This document shows, piece after piece, positions 1 through 12,030 of a DNA stretch of 56,872 nt. The notes under the pieces were generated by a model, which was not told the DNA's origin, searched no databases, and saw only the letters and a list, made by a program, of their open reading frames with translations. A program made the translations under genes and the position numbers. Each line of letters starts with the position of its first letter. The first letter of the stretch is position 1. Origin of the DNA: Octopus bimaculoides (taxonomy: Eukaryota); NCBI RefSeq assembly GCF_001194135.2, contig NC_068986.1, positions 23,928,813-23,985,684 of the forward strand. The letters are read 5' to 3'.

Positions 1-813
1 ATATATATATATATATATATATAACTCTGTGAATATCCTAGATGTTAACTTTAACCTTAATACTTCCTCATATCAACTTTACCACAAGCCAAACAACAAT
101 ATCACATACATAAACACCTAAAGTAGCCATTCTTAGAACATTATGAAACATCTGACGAAAAACATAGAAAGAAGAATTAATTTATTATCATCTAATGAAG
201 AAATTTTTAACAAACATAAAAACTACTATAATCTAGGTCTTAAGAAGTTAGGATACAATTATGAAATCAAGTGCAATAAAAACAACACCACCAATACTAA
301 TAATACCAAATGTTATCTAGATATGAACAACACAGACAATATTGATGAACCTAATTCAACTAGTTATTTAGTACACCCCACAAACAAACAGAAATTCTCA
401 GTAATAGTCATCAACACAACATCAGCAATAGACATAAATCCCATAACACCAATAAACATACTTATAAACTTAATCAATACGAGCACCATATCCAATATCT
501 TTTAAAATAAAAAAAAATATCACTAATTTCGGCAATTCAGAAATCACTAACTACTCTATTAATAATGTAATAAAACCCAAGAATATTGGCAATAAATACC
601 TAAATCAATTAATTATAGATAGAAATAAGAACACTAAACCAATAAATATAAAAATAAAAATGAAAATGATCGCATTTCATCTAATCCTTTCAATAATACA
701 CTCAACCACAGAAACCATATTAACATAGATAAAAATAATATAGAAAAAAAAAATAAACCAATATCACGTGTAATAATAGATGACCCGCAAGACATAGCCC
801 ACTACGATAATAC

Positions 814-874
814 AGAAAACAACAATAACACTACTTGGATCATTGTGATCCAAGTAGTGTTATTGTTGTTTTCT
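814..874. repeat. Perfect 29-bp inverted repeat with 3-nt loop
   Basis: agaaaacaacaataacactacttggatca (814-842), ttg, tgatccaagtagtgttattgttgttttct (846-874) are exact reverse complements. Confidence 0.97.
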
Positions 875-1162
875 TTATAATATAATTTTATTAAGATCCA
901 TTAGAAATATAATTAATAAAAAACTTCAAAAACTGTAAATATGCAAAACTATTTAATAGCAAAAAAAATTAGATTTGGATTTTCAGTCTCTTCAAACCTC
1001 TTCCTTTAATAATAAGAAACTGGACCAATTCTATAAAAAAAAAACGTCATCTAATATACCTTCTAACTCTAATAATTCTATAACTAACAACTACTATTAT
1101 CATAATAGCCAAAACTCCATTACTCGTAATACGTATAGACATAACAACCTAATAATTTAAAT

Positions 1163-1575
1163 TGTAATTGTAGAGACCCAAATACTTGTGAAGTAGATGG
1201 AAATTCCAAAATGAAAGAAGTAATATACCAGGCAACCATTATTATCCATAATTCCTCTAAATATACAAACATCGGTTGTACGAGGAATTCTATAAAATTA
1301 AGAATAATCATAAATCTTCATTTAATGACCGAAGAAAAGAGAATAGCACAGGTCTATCTAAAAATATTTGGCAACTCAAAAGAAACAATATAGATGACTC
1401 AGTATGTTGGAAAATCCTACCTTCAGCCCCATGTTATAGGTATAATAAAATTTGCTGATTATTCCTGGAAGAAAGTTATAAAATAATGAGAAGGAATGGT
1501 CTCCTTCTTAATACTAGAGATGAAAAAGATTTTCCTGTAAACACATGTCAAAATTCCTCTTTATTAATCTTAAAC
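1163..1575 (+). pseudogene. GIY-YIG endonuclease domain of the Penelope-like element (disrupted)
   Basis: CNCR...C cysteine motif, VIY and NIG (degenerate GIY/YIG), HKSSF, NSTGLSK.IW.LK, and terminal LLN.R.E...CKH; spread over two supplied ORFs (1211-1393, 1276-1458). Confidence 0.85.
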
Positions 1576-2169
1576 AATATAATGATTCCGGGTTTAGCCA
1601 CAGAATATTGGAAGATGACAATACTGTAGAACTGCCACGAAATTTCATAGTTCTGAAGGGGATTGTGATACACGTTTGACCATTCTTTCTTGATAATGGC
1701 CATTATATAAAAGGCTTCGATTAAAAACTACTCCGCCATCTGTAAGTACAAATGACTTCCACCCTTTCATGATTTTGGTCCTTTGGTTTCATACAAAAGC
1801 ATCCTCAAATAGAAGCATTTCTACTGCCTGGAATGTACAGTATATATTCTTCCTTAAAAGCGATCCCATCTAAAATTATAATTTGTTATATTCTTGGTAA
1901 GATTGTTTGCGAATTTAATATGAGGGGGATTGATAAATCAGTGCTGCAACAAATAAATTGCCTTGAATACGTAAAAGATGAAAAATAATAATGTATGTGT
2001 AATACCCATTGGAGATACATCTCGAAAGATTTCAGTTATTACATGAAACTGATATGCATACATATGTATGGAAGACCCTTACAATGATGAATAGCAAAAT
2101 ACAAATGGTATTTGTTTCACAATGAGTTTATGATTATTTGAAGCTCACCATGAACTGAACTCGACACGT

Positions 2170-2318
2170 TTTTTTTTCATTTCCTCTCTTTTTATTTTCT
2201 CTTATTTCTCTTTGTCGAAGAGCGTAGGTTCGAAACAAACGACTTTTCATTTTTTCTGAGCGTCAAACTAATACACTTGCTTGTTGTTCCGACACCTGTC
2301 TTCGTCTTTATTTTCCTA
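2170..2318 (+). mobile_element. Short interspersed repeat fragment, possibly Penelope pseudo-LTR-derived
   Basis: gtcgaagagcgtaggttcgaaac...gagcgtcaaactaatacac...acctgtcttcgtcttt resembles an abundant octopus repeat I recall; contains a GAAGAG-N6-TTC-GAAAC hammerhead-like core. Family assignment unverified. Confidence 0.4.
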
Positions 2319-2724
2319 NNNNNNNNNNNNNNNNNNNNNNNNNNNNNNNNNNNNNNNNNNNNNNNNNNNNNNNNNNNNNNNNNNNNNNNNNNNNNNNNNN
2401 NNNNNNNNNNNNNNNNNNNNNNNNNNNNNNNNNNNNNNNNNNNNNNNNNNNNNNNNNNNNNNNNNNNNNNNNNNNNTATATATATATATATATATATGGT
2501 TGCATTAATGATAACTCTATTTAGCCACTAAATTGCATCCATTTTATAGAAAAGTTCTTATAAGCAAGAAAAAAAGTTTACCCATTTCTCTCACTAGACG
2601 ACTTTAAACAATAATATTAATAATATATAAATATATGCATATATCCATACATATATGTACATACCTACATCTATATGTATACATACATGCATATATGGGT
2701 ACAGGACATCAAAAAACGTTAAAC

Positions 2725-2870
2725 ACAATGAGAAACGAAAACGTGAAAGCGAAAACAGAAAATGAACATTTTTCCAACAACGAAAAAAACAAACTGAGAA
2801 ACGAGACATGCAACATAAAGAGTATACCCCTTCGTCAGTTGTCCCTGTTCCATCTACTCCGCATTTGCAT
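2725..2870 (-). mobile_element. Repeat fragment, possibly Penelope pseudo-LTR-derived
   Basis: Minus strand reads gcggagtagatggaacagggacaaCTGACGAaggggtatactctt, resembling an octopus Penelope-associated repeat I recall; not verified. Confidence 0.35.
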
Positions 2871-4302
2871 TGTTATTTCATTCAACTTATTTTATTGATT
2901 TATCTTCTCTGCTCCTGTTTTAGACGGTTAAAATTTATCTACAGGTAGTTTAAGTGTCCTAATTGTTTGGAAGGCTTCAATTGATCGACGTTTTTTTCTT
3001 TTTGACTCGCTATATGTTATATGCATGCAGCCCTACTTATATATACTTTTATATATATATGGGTGGTATATGTGTGTAAGTGTGTATGTATATGTTTTCA
3101 TTTGTGTTCATGCGTGCTACTGTATATTCTATAATCATGTCCATGTGTTAATACCTATTTCATGTCACTATTCTCTTGATGTATATGACGTTGCATAGCA
3201 TGCACATCCAATTGCTTACAATTCTTTTCTATGCATTTAACAGCTCTTGAAAATTTCCCTATTTAGAAAAGCCCATTTCTGAAGTCTATTGTCAGTTGCA
3301 TGAAGAAGACAAACCTGTGGTTTTGCAACAGTTGATGCCTCAAAGTAAAGCTGAAAACTATCTATATGTCAAAGAGAGTGAATTACAATTTTATGCTATC
3401 TATAAAACCTATAATGCCCCCAAACAATTTAGTAATTAATATTCAGAACAATACTTCTGGATAGCGAGAAGGAGATTCAGTAATTGAAACGCAAGTATAT
3501 AAACGTTGTTTCTTGTCGTTCGTCACTTCTTGCGTTCATTGGTGTCATTCAAACAGATAGTAAATGTCAGCAAAGGAAAGTCCGCCTTTTCAGTCATTGA
3601 ATATTCAAAGGTATATGACATAAAAGATGTGTCGTAAAAGATATACTGCTGATATTATCAATGATGACCCATTATCAATATGGCGGTGTATGCTATGGAC
3701 TCAATTGTCTAAAAGCTTTTAAATTTATTGCTCTTCAGAAGTGTGCGATATTGTTGACATGATAAAGTAGCTAGAATTACAAGTATTATATGTGTTGGCT
3801 TAATATCTGTCGAAGATTGAGTTGTGTATATGATGTGACAAACAATCGTAATATATCCAACTGATCCATTTGTTTGTAACCCTTTCCTTACAAAACGATG
3901 TGTGAGACTTTGTTAAAGGCATGCATATTATATTGAATTACAATATACAATATCAACACATTGTCAGTACAATAATATTACAGTCGGCGCTTTTGGTTAT
4001 AAAAAGTCCAGAAATGTAAAAAGAAACGTAAACAATGTGGCATTAATAATTGTTGTAAATACTAAAGCTGTTGAATTTGCTGCTGTGTGTTCTTCTTTAG
4101 CTATAGACTTCTTAAATATTCTAGGTATATCACCTCGTAAACAGTTGTTACGTATTTTATTATTCAATAGTTTGCAATGTCGAAACAGCATATTCGAGGC
4201 TCAATTTCTCTGAAATTTTGAACGTTCAAATATTGCATTTAATTTCTGAACGTGAAGCATCGGGTCTCATGAATATTTTTCAATGCTGTTTTGATATTAA
4301 AC

Positions 4303-4456
4303 ACGCACACACACACACACACACACACAACACAGACACTAGCACACACACACCACACACACACGCGCGCATACAAACATGTAGCTAGATGGATAAATAG
4401 ACAGATAGATGGGGAAAAAGATAGAAAGAGAGATAGATAGATAGATAGATAAATAA

Positions 4457-4496
<40 letters not shown>

Positions 4497-4510
4497 GTAG
4501 ATAGATAGGG
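4303..4510. repeat. (CA)n followed by (GATA)n microsatellites
   Basis: Directly visible. Confidence 0.95.
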
Positions 4511-4761
4511 AAATACTTCTTAGTTCTCTTCTACATTTTTGTTTGATTTCGTAGACTTAGTTGAGTTAATCTCCAGTTGCAATCGATAATTATGCACAAA
4601 AGCTATTATAAAATTTTATCTGTTTTCACAGCTAACTCAAAATATGTGTGGAGGCAACATGCACCATCATTAGCCGCATAGACAATTGTAATGACTGTTT
4701 TCAAATACTTAGTAAATTCATAGTAGCATACGCAGCATTTATATACAATCTGCAAGAAAGC

Positions 4762-4815
4762 GATGCTGCAGCATGGCCGCAATCAGCTGACTGTAACACG
4801 TAAAGAATAAAAGAA
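4762..4815 (+). mobile_element. SINE family A, 3' tail fragment
   Basis: gatgctgcagcatggccgcaatcagctgactgtaacacgtaaagaataaaagaata is similar to the tail at 16605-16665. Confidence 0.6.
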
Positions 4816-5211
4816 TATTTGTGTAAAGGGATTACTCGTTTAAACTTGAATCCTTTAAACATGCCCTATCATATGATACTTGCAAATATGAAACATACCG
4901 ACAAAATGAAAGGGGTTCGAAATACATTTGTCCGTAATTCTTCATCCCATATCGGGAGAAAGATTATCGACCAGTAATATGTTAGCTAGATAATGAAGAT
5001 ATGTGATGGAATTTCCAAGGATCAACCTGAAGATATTTATCACTGTTGGGATTTGAAACGATTGGGTGAATATTATTAGTTAATCTAAATAGTTTAATCA
5101 AATCTAGATATAACTTCAAATGAAGTTTCGCCGCTTAAAAGTCAACAAGGCGCCCTTGTCAATTAAGATGCTCCAGTGTGGTCGTAGGGTTCTCAATAAA
5201 ACTTGCACCGC

Positions 5212-5212
5212 T

Positions 5213-5249
<37 letters not shown>

Positions 5250-5347
5250 AGGACAAGAACAACAACAGCTTTCAGTATTACCCTTATTGTAATTATCAAC
5301 ATTAAATAAATAAATAAACATTAATATCGCTATCGTCAACGCTAAAA

Positions 5348-5442
<95 letters not shown>

Positions 5443-5530
5443 CTACTACTACTACTACTACCACTACTACTAAAATAATAATAATAATCTCAATTATCAT
5501 CATCAACATACTCATCATCATCCTCCTCAT
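5212..5530. repeat. Compound trinucleotide array: (ATC)n, then (TAC)13-(TGC)18-(TAC)n, (AAT)n, (CAT)n
   Basis: Directly visible; source of the poly-Ile and poly-Val/Ala ORFs. Confidence 0.95.
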
Positions 5531-5769
5531 CATTACCACTCTCACAGTCATTATTGTTATAAAACTAAAGAATTTTCCGAATTATCTTCGCTATCGTTAT
5601 CATCTTTACTGTTTTCATAAATATCATCATCACCGTTATTTTTATCAGCAAGATCCTTTCATCCGTCTCATCATCATCATCATCATCATCACTTGTCGTT
5701 ACATATTAGATTAAACTGTAGATGTCGCCTCGAGAGTACTTCATTGTGGCGTTCTGTTTCATCATTATA

Positions 5770-5882
5770 TACACACAGATGCACACACATACACACACAC
5801 ATATATATGTGCATGTATGTATACATATGCATCTATATATGTGTACCTTTGTATATATGTATGCATATAAATACACACTTAC

Positions 5883-5929
<47 letters not shown>

Positions 5930-6192
5930 CATATATATATACATATATATATATATACACATATATATACACATATATGTATAAATATATGTATACACAC
6001 ACACATATATATATATATATATACATATATATACATATATACATACATATATATACATATATATAATTATATACATATATATATATACATATATATATAT
6101 ACACATATATACATTTACGTTATGTACATATATATATATATATATGTTTTTCATTTTTCTTATATATATGTTTATAGATTTATATATATATG

Positions 6193-6273
<81 letters not shown>

Positions 6274-6290
6274 ATATATATATGTATATA
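5770..6290. repeat. Degenerate (TA)/(CA)/(TG) microsatellite block
   Basis: Directly visible. Confidence 0.95.
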
Positions 6291-7020
6291 TAAGAAATGT
6301 AAAAAACGTAATATCTATATTGATGTGATGGCACACTGTGAATTATTGGCAAGATGATCAAATCAAAACAATTCACTTATCCATTGTTGAGATAGACTGA
6401 TTGATTCTCTTATCTCATAAATACTGTCAATTAACCGACAGCTATAATCTTCGTGACAGAAGTTAACTTAGATGACAATGGCGTCAACATTCCTGCTTTT
6501 ATCGCTGGAAACCATAGTATTACATAGAAAGAAAGATAGCAATTAACCCTGTTTCTTCCATACTAAACTACATCCTCACGAAGACATCCAGGCACACATA
6601 CAGAAACATATGCACACACACACGTACACCACGTACACACATGCGTGCACGTGCATAGGAACGTACCTGTTCAGAGACTTAGACACGCATGGATTGATAT
6701 GCTGTTTAGGAAGTATATATTAAGCATAGTTGTCTGTACATGGATGGATATAGGTGTATACTATGCAAAAAGGTATAATTTAAAATGAAGCAAACACGTA
6801 CCAAGAGGTACATATATGCGTGTCTGTGTCTGTGCGTCTATACATACCGATATACAAATAGAGACATTGTATACATGTACCCATATATGTGCCAATATAT
6901 ATATGTGTATGTGTGTATATATATATATATATATGAAGAGAGAAAGAGAGGGGAGAGCGTTGTGTACAATATATCCATATGTTTATACATATGTGTATAA
7001 AATATTAAAAATATATATTA

Positions 7021-7076
<56 letters not shown>

Positions 7077-7744
7077 TGTTTATATATGTATGCACATATG
7101 TATACATATATACTACATATACACATACGTTATATACATATGCACACACAATCTCTATCTCTGTCTCCCTCTGTCTCTCTCTGCCTCTCTATCACGCACA
7201 TTAACAAATATCAGGTCTTGATGAGAAAGTGAATATATTTCCTCAACGTCTACCTTTCAGGTTGAAATCGAGTACTGACACACAAAACAAAATCGCCGTT
7301 AATTGTTACCTGTCAAATTAATGTTTAACGTGCTCTCGACTGTGCTTTAATTCCTGTTTGCGTTGGCTTAACGGATCCTTGTCGTAGACATCAAATAAAT
7401 AATTCATAGTTTGAGCAAAATATATGCAATTATGGGAAAGAGTTCCAGGTTGACTGCTGATTTTTCTTGATGTTGTCTGGAACATTTTGTTAAACTAGAG
7501 ATAATTTTCCATTGGAATCGTGTTTAAACATTAGTAAGTGTATTTAGAAATACGCCAACATGTCGAAAATATCTTGAAACTATTGATGAATTTTGGCAGT
7601 AATATAAGGTAGGAAGATCAAATGAGTTAATGCTTTATCTGAATGCGACCACCATAGCATGAGGGAACACAATCACCATAGCTGTAGGCTTTGTGTCTTC
7701 GTATATCCGTACTATAAATCTTTCTAATTTCCACACACGATCAG

Positions 7745-7918
7745 CCCTTCTAGCGGTGGAGGGTAAACCGAGTATAAAGATCTCAGACATTTACTGGTAC
7801 TTATTTAGTGGTCTCAAAAAGGATAAAAGGCAAAATTGCCTTGGGCAGAAATTGAAATCAGAACGTAAAGAGCCGGAAAAAATAAGCATTTTGCCCGACG
7901 TGTTGCTAACAGGTCGCC
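7745..7918 (-). mobile_element. SINE family B, degraded copy
   Basis: actggtacttattt...aaaaggataaaaggcaaa...gaaattgaaatcagaacgtaaa...agcattttgcccgacgtg aligns by eye to 10064-10257 and 24727-24950. Confidence 0.65.
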
Positions 7919-8209
7919 ACATAACAAAAGAAATACTGTAAAATATCAGGTTGTGTAAAATGTATGCAACGTTTTGAACCATGAATAAATTTTACCGGAT
8001 TTTTGCCGGGTTTTGAATTTTCTTTAAACATTTTTTGTTTAGCTATTCTCTGATAATACAGACGTAGACTTGCCCAAATGCATTAGCAGAGTAACATTGA
8101 TATTTTTTCACCATCATGACGATCGTTTGTAACCGAGTTGATCGTGAATTTTGTTTGTACGAAAGGTTAAAGTTGTATTTGTAATTAATTGTTTTGTTTT
8201 AAGACATTA

Positions 8210-9010
8210 ATTTTGCTGCCTCAAGGCAGTTTTGTTAACGCTGTTCCCCCATTGTATGAAAGGGGGAGCACTGTTAAAAGAGAGAGAATTAGCTACACCT
8301 GTCGTCGTCTGAGTAGGAGCTGATGTGGTGTCTGATGTGGTGTCTAGACGAAATAGATAGAACAGTCGAAATAGAAACGAGAAGTTTCTCAGAGGTGGTG
8401 AGACGGCAGTCTGGAGATGTGTGTTTGGAGGGAATTGAAAGGTTTCAAGAAATGATGAAAAGGGGGGAACAGAGCAAGTAGTGCTTCTGCGCACATAAAT
8501 TGGAAGAAAGACTTCCAAGGTGAGGGTAGAAGCAATTCCACCGGATATAGAAATGGCTTGGGAGGCGGCAGCTGTCCTTGTTGGAAGTGAGGAAAAGGTG
8601 GCTGTCCTCCAAGCTACAGAAACCGAAGAAGGAGGGTGGAAAGGAAAGATACTTGAACTCATTATTCAGACGGAAGAGGGTGAACTGGAGAATTGGCAGA
8701 GACGGTGACGTTGGGGGAAAATTGAGCTGAGAGTGTGGGTAGAGGACAGTGTACCACGTTGTTTTAAATGTGGTCAAATGGGCCACATTAGAGCATACTG
8801 CACTCTACAAAGGACAATGGCTGAGGAAATAGTTGTGGAGACGGAAGAGAAGAGAGGGAGAAGAGATAGACGGAGGAAAAGGAGGAAGAATGGAAAGTTA
8901 CAGAGAGCAGAAGGAGAAAGAGAAAAAAAGTAAAAACCTTGAGTATAATATAGTACCCCAGTCCAACTCCATCCCCCCAAGACCACTCAGACCCACCCTC
9001 CCCATACAGA
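8210..9010 (+). mobile_element. Non-LTR retrotransposon ORF1 (gag-like, CCHC zinc knuckle), disrupted; 3' part lost in gap
   Basis: One frame reads KTSKVRVEAIPPDIEMAWEAAAVLV...KILELIIQTEEGELENWQRR*RWGKIELRVWVEDSVPRCFKCGQMGHIRAYC. C-X2-C-X4-H-X4-C knuckle followed by a basic/acidic low-complexity tail; purine-rich; internal stops. Clade not determinable. Confidence 0.75.
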
Positions 9011-9419
9011 CNNNNNNNNNNNNNNNNNNNNNNNNNNNNNNNNNNNNNNNNNNNNNNNNNNNNNNNNNNNNNNNNNNNNNNNNNNNNNNNNNNNNNNNNN
9101 NNNNNNNNNNNNNNNNNNNNNNNNNNNNNNNNNNNNNNNNNNNNNNNNNNNNNNNNNNNNNNNNNNNNNNNNNNNNNNNNNNNNNNNNNNNNNNNNNNNN
9201 NNNNNNNNNNNNNNNNNNNNNNNNNNNNNNNNNNNNNNNNNNNNNNNNNNNNNNNNNNNNNNNNNNNNNNNNNNNNNNNNNNNNNNNNNNNNNNNNNNNN
9301 NNNNNNNNNNNNNNNNNNNNNNNNNNNNNNNNNNNNNNNNNNNNNNNNNNNNNNNNNNNGACTAGATACGAAAGAGCTTGACACACACACACACACACAC
9401 ACACATCTATATATATATT

Positions 9420-9580
9420 CGACGAGCTTCTTTCCGTTTCCGTCTATCAAATCCATTCACAAGGCCTTGGTCGGCCCAAGGCTGTAGCAGAAGACATTTG
9501 CCCAACTTGCCACACAGTGGGACTGAACTCGGAACCTTGTGATTGGGAAGCAAGCTTCTTACCATGGAGCGACGACTGCC
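9420..9580 (-). mobile_element. SINE family A, 5' half (tRNA-like head)
   Basis: Reverse complement of ggtaagaagcttgcttcccaatcacaaggttccgagttcagtcccactgtgtggcaagttgggcaaatgtcttctgct... matches 16066-16200. Confidence 0.85.
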
Positions 9581-10063
9581 GATATATATATGCACTCCAG
9601 AACAGTTCAACAAATTGAATGCAACTTCGACCCTGACGGGTTTTGAACACATTACAAAGGACACCAGAGTAAATAATGGAAGATATTTCGTTCGTTATTT
9701 AAATGATGCACATTATTAGCATAAACACATCTAACACAAAATAAGTATTAGTTTACCAAGTATGTGCACGTTTAAAGGAATGATATTTGCCTCCCAGCAG
9801 TAGTGTCTTTGAATTAGATACAGTACAGTGCAAATATTAGTAACAACGTGTAAACAACCGCTTGATACAAACACACAGAATATATCAGTACAAAATTACT
9901 TAAATAACTTTACAGGGCTGTTGTATACACCTCTGATAATGCTCACACTTGCGAAAAATTTATTGATCTCGCTGCCATCAACTAATGAAGTGTAAACTTC
10001 TAAACGAAGGAATTTAAAAGCCTGAGTTGGAGTGACGAAACGAAATGAAATGCAAAAGCGATA

Positions 10064-10257
10064 TTCTTTTCTACTCTAGGCACAAGGCCCGAAATTTTGG
10101 AGGAGGGGGCCAGGCGATTAGATTGACCCCAGTACGCAACTGGTACTTAATTTATCGACCCGAAAGGATGAAAGGTAAAGTCGACCTCGGCGGAATTTGA
10201 ACTCAGAACGTAAAGACAGACGAAATACCGCTAAGCATTTCGCCAGCTCGCCGCCTT
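10064..10257 (-). mobile_element. SINE family B
   Basis: aggcggcgagctggcgaaatgcttagcggtatttcgtc...gttctgagttcaaattccgccgaggtcgactttacc on minus; matches the other B copies. Confidence 0.9.
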
Positions 10258-11179
10258 GAATACAAAAACGATATTGAGTGCAGTGCTGTAGCCCGTCTGA
10301 AATCACAATGGTTAGATATCAGATGACTTGCATAAACAGACAATCACACCACACAAGATCACAACTCCCATACACAATCATAGCTCTCAATATCTCTCTT
10401 TCTTATGTATGTGTATGTATGTGTGTGTGTGTGTATGCGTGTGTGTATGTGTATGTGTGTGTCTCTCTCTCTCTCTCTGTGTACGTGTGTGTGTATTTGT
10501 TTCGTAAATCTTACTCTAGGGATGGATTTCGTCCCAGCCAGCTTTGGTTTTCCACTTTGCGAAGCGGCTAAATAGCATAAAAGAGCGAAGTAGCATAAAA
10601 AGCACAGCGCTGCAGTTACTCTTCCTATCCTTCTGTACGCTTCGGGCTTTCTTTCTCACCCTTTCCGTCAGGTTGATATCGGCTCTGTTCATGTTTAGAG
10701 AAGAATAAAATGCACCAAGATTAAAACACACATCCTATGAGTTCATCGGGTGTTAAGAAACCAACATATATTTATATATACCCATAAACACATGCACAAA
10801 CAATGACACACAAATACACATATATAATACATTTCTCAGTTAAGCTGATTTTTAATACTTCGCACACACACACACACACACACCCACATATATACGTACG
10901 CATGCGCACAAACAATCACATTCACTAAGTAATAATTTCTATATCAGTTATTTTACTTCTATTTTTTCTCTTCTTCGTTAATGTACAAGGTAGGCTTCTT
11001 TTCGGAATGTTTAACTTTTGAAAAAAATCAAAAAATCAGAGAAAACGAAAAACAAAATAGCATTGAAACATTTATATCACTCTCAGGTAAATATTTGTAT
11101 GAAATATATTTGTACTACACTTCCTTTCGAGGATTCTTTGTTTTCTTTTGGCTTTAGATGAAGTCACAAAACATCTCCA

Positions 11180-11226
11180 CTCATTATATACATCCATCTA
11201 TCTATCTATCTATATATATATCTATC

Positions 11227-11280
<54 letters not shown>

Positions 11281-11355
11281 ATCTATCTATCTGTCTGTCT
11301 GTCTGTCTGTCTGTCTGCTTGTCTGTCTGTCTATCTATCTATCTATCTATCTACC
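11180..11355. repeat. (TCTA)n/(TCTG)n tetranucleotide array
   Basis: Directly visible. Confidence 0.95.
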
Positions 11356-11419
11356 CACCAAGCCGTTTGGCTGTGAACCTCAAGACAAGAAAGAATACAA
11401 CGATCGCCTATGTCCAATT

Positions 11420-11451
<32 letters not shown>

Positions 11452-11865
11452 GCGCACGCGTGACGGTGTGGTAAGAAGTTTGCTTCTCAGCCACATAGTT
11501 GCAGGTTATCTCCCACTCCGCTTCTGTTATAGCCTCGAGCCGAACAAAGACTTGTGAGTGAATTTGGTAGACGAGNNNNNNNNNNNNNNNNNNNNNNNNN
11601 NNNNNNNNNNNNNNNNNNNNNNNNNNNNNNNNNNNNNNNNNNNNNNNNNNNNNNNNNNNNNNNNNNNNNNNNNNNNNNNNNNNNNNNNNNNNNNNNNNNN
11701 NNNNNNNNNNNNNNNNNNNNNNNNNNNNNNNNNNNNNNNNNNNNNNNNNNNNNNNNNNNNNNNNNNNNNNNNNNNNNNNNNNNNNNNNNNNNNNNNNNNN
11801 NNNNNNNNNNNNNNNNNNNNNNNNNNNNNNNNNNNNNNNNNNNNNNNNNNNNNNNNNNNNNNNNN

Positions 11866-11901
<36 letters not shown>

Positions 11902-12030
11902 TATGAGTATATATTCGTACCCCTGTCATCACAACTGGTGCTTACAAAGAATAGTTCCTGAGGTCCAATACTTGGAATAGAAAGGCGGTGCTTCAGCATT
12001 GCTGCAGTCAAATGACTAAACAAGGAAAAG
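11452..12030 (+). mobile_element. SINE family A with internal microsatellite/gap
   Basis: Head gtgtggtaagaagtttgcttc...cttgtgagtgaatttggtagacg, then N-gap and (TA)n, then tail gcttacaaagaatagttcctgagg...aaaggcggtgcttcagcattgctgcagtcaaatgact. Confidence 0.85.

Larger units (their letters stand above)
29..1575 (+). mobile_element. Penelope-like retroelement (EN+), decayed; RT thumb, linker and GIY-YIG endonuclease
   Basis: 29-270 translates VNILDVNFNLNTSSYQLYHKPNNNITYINT*SSHS*NIMKHLTKNIERRINLLSSNEEIFNKHKNYYNLGLKKLGY, matching the PLE RT C-terminus pattern (FLDV..L....Y..Y.KPN...YI...SNHP..I...RI..LSS.EEIF....Y..AL...GY). About 935-1010 reads YAKLFNSKK/IRFGFSVSSNL across a frameshift. 1163-1575 gives CNCRDPNTCEVDGNSKMKEVIYQAT...NIGCTRNSIK, then NNHKSSFNDRRKENSTGLSKNIWQLK...WKIL...C, then LLNTRDE...CKHMSKFL. 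Stops and frameshifts are present. Confidence 0.9.

Noticed and set aside
1600-1660. gatgac...cgaaat after the Penelope ORF as a hammerhead
   Set aside because: Core and stems too degenerate to support
5342-5551. Poly-Val/poly-Ala ORF resembling a homopolymeric transcription-factor tract
   Set aside because: Pure trinucleotide repeat with no flanking domain
5693-7232. Many overlapping ORFs rich in YI/HT/CV dipeptides (also at 19.9-22.9, 28.2-28.6, 45.3-46.5 and 52.2-52.6 kb)
   Set aside because: Translations of (TA)n, (CA)n and (TG)n microsatellites; open in several frames by construction
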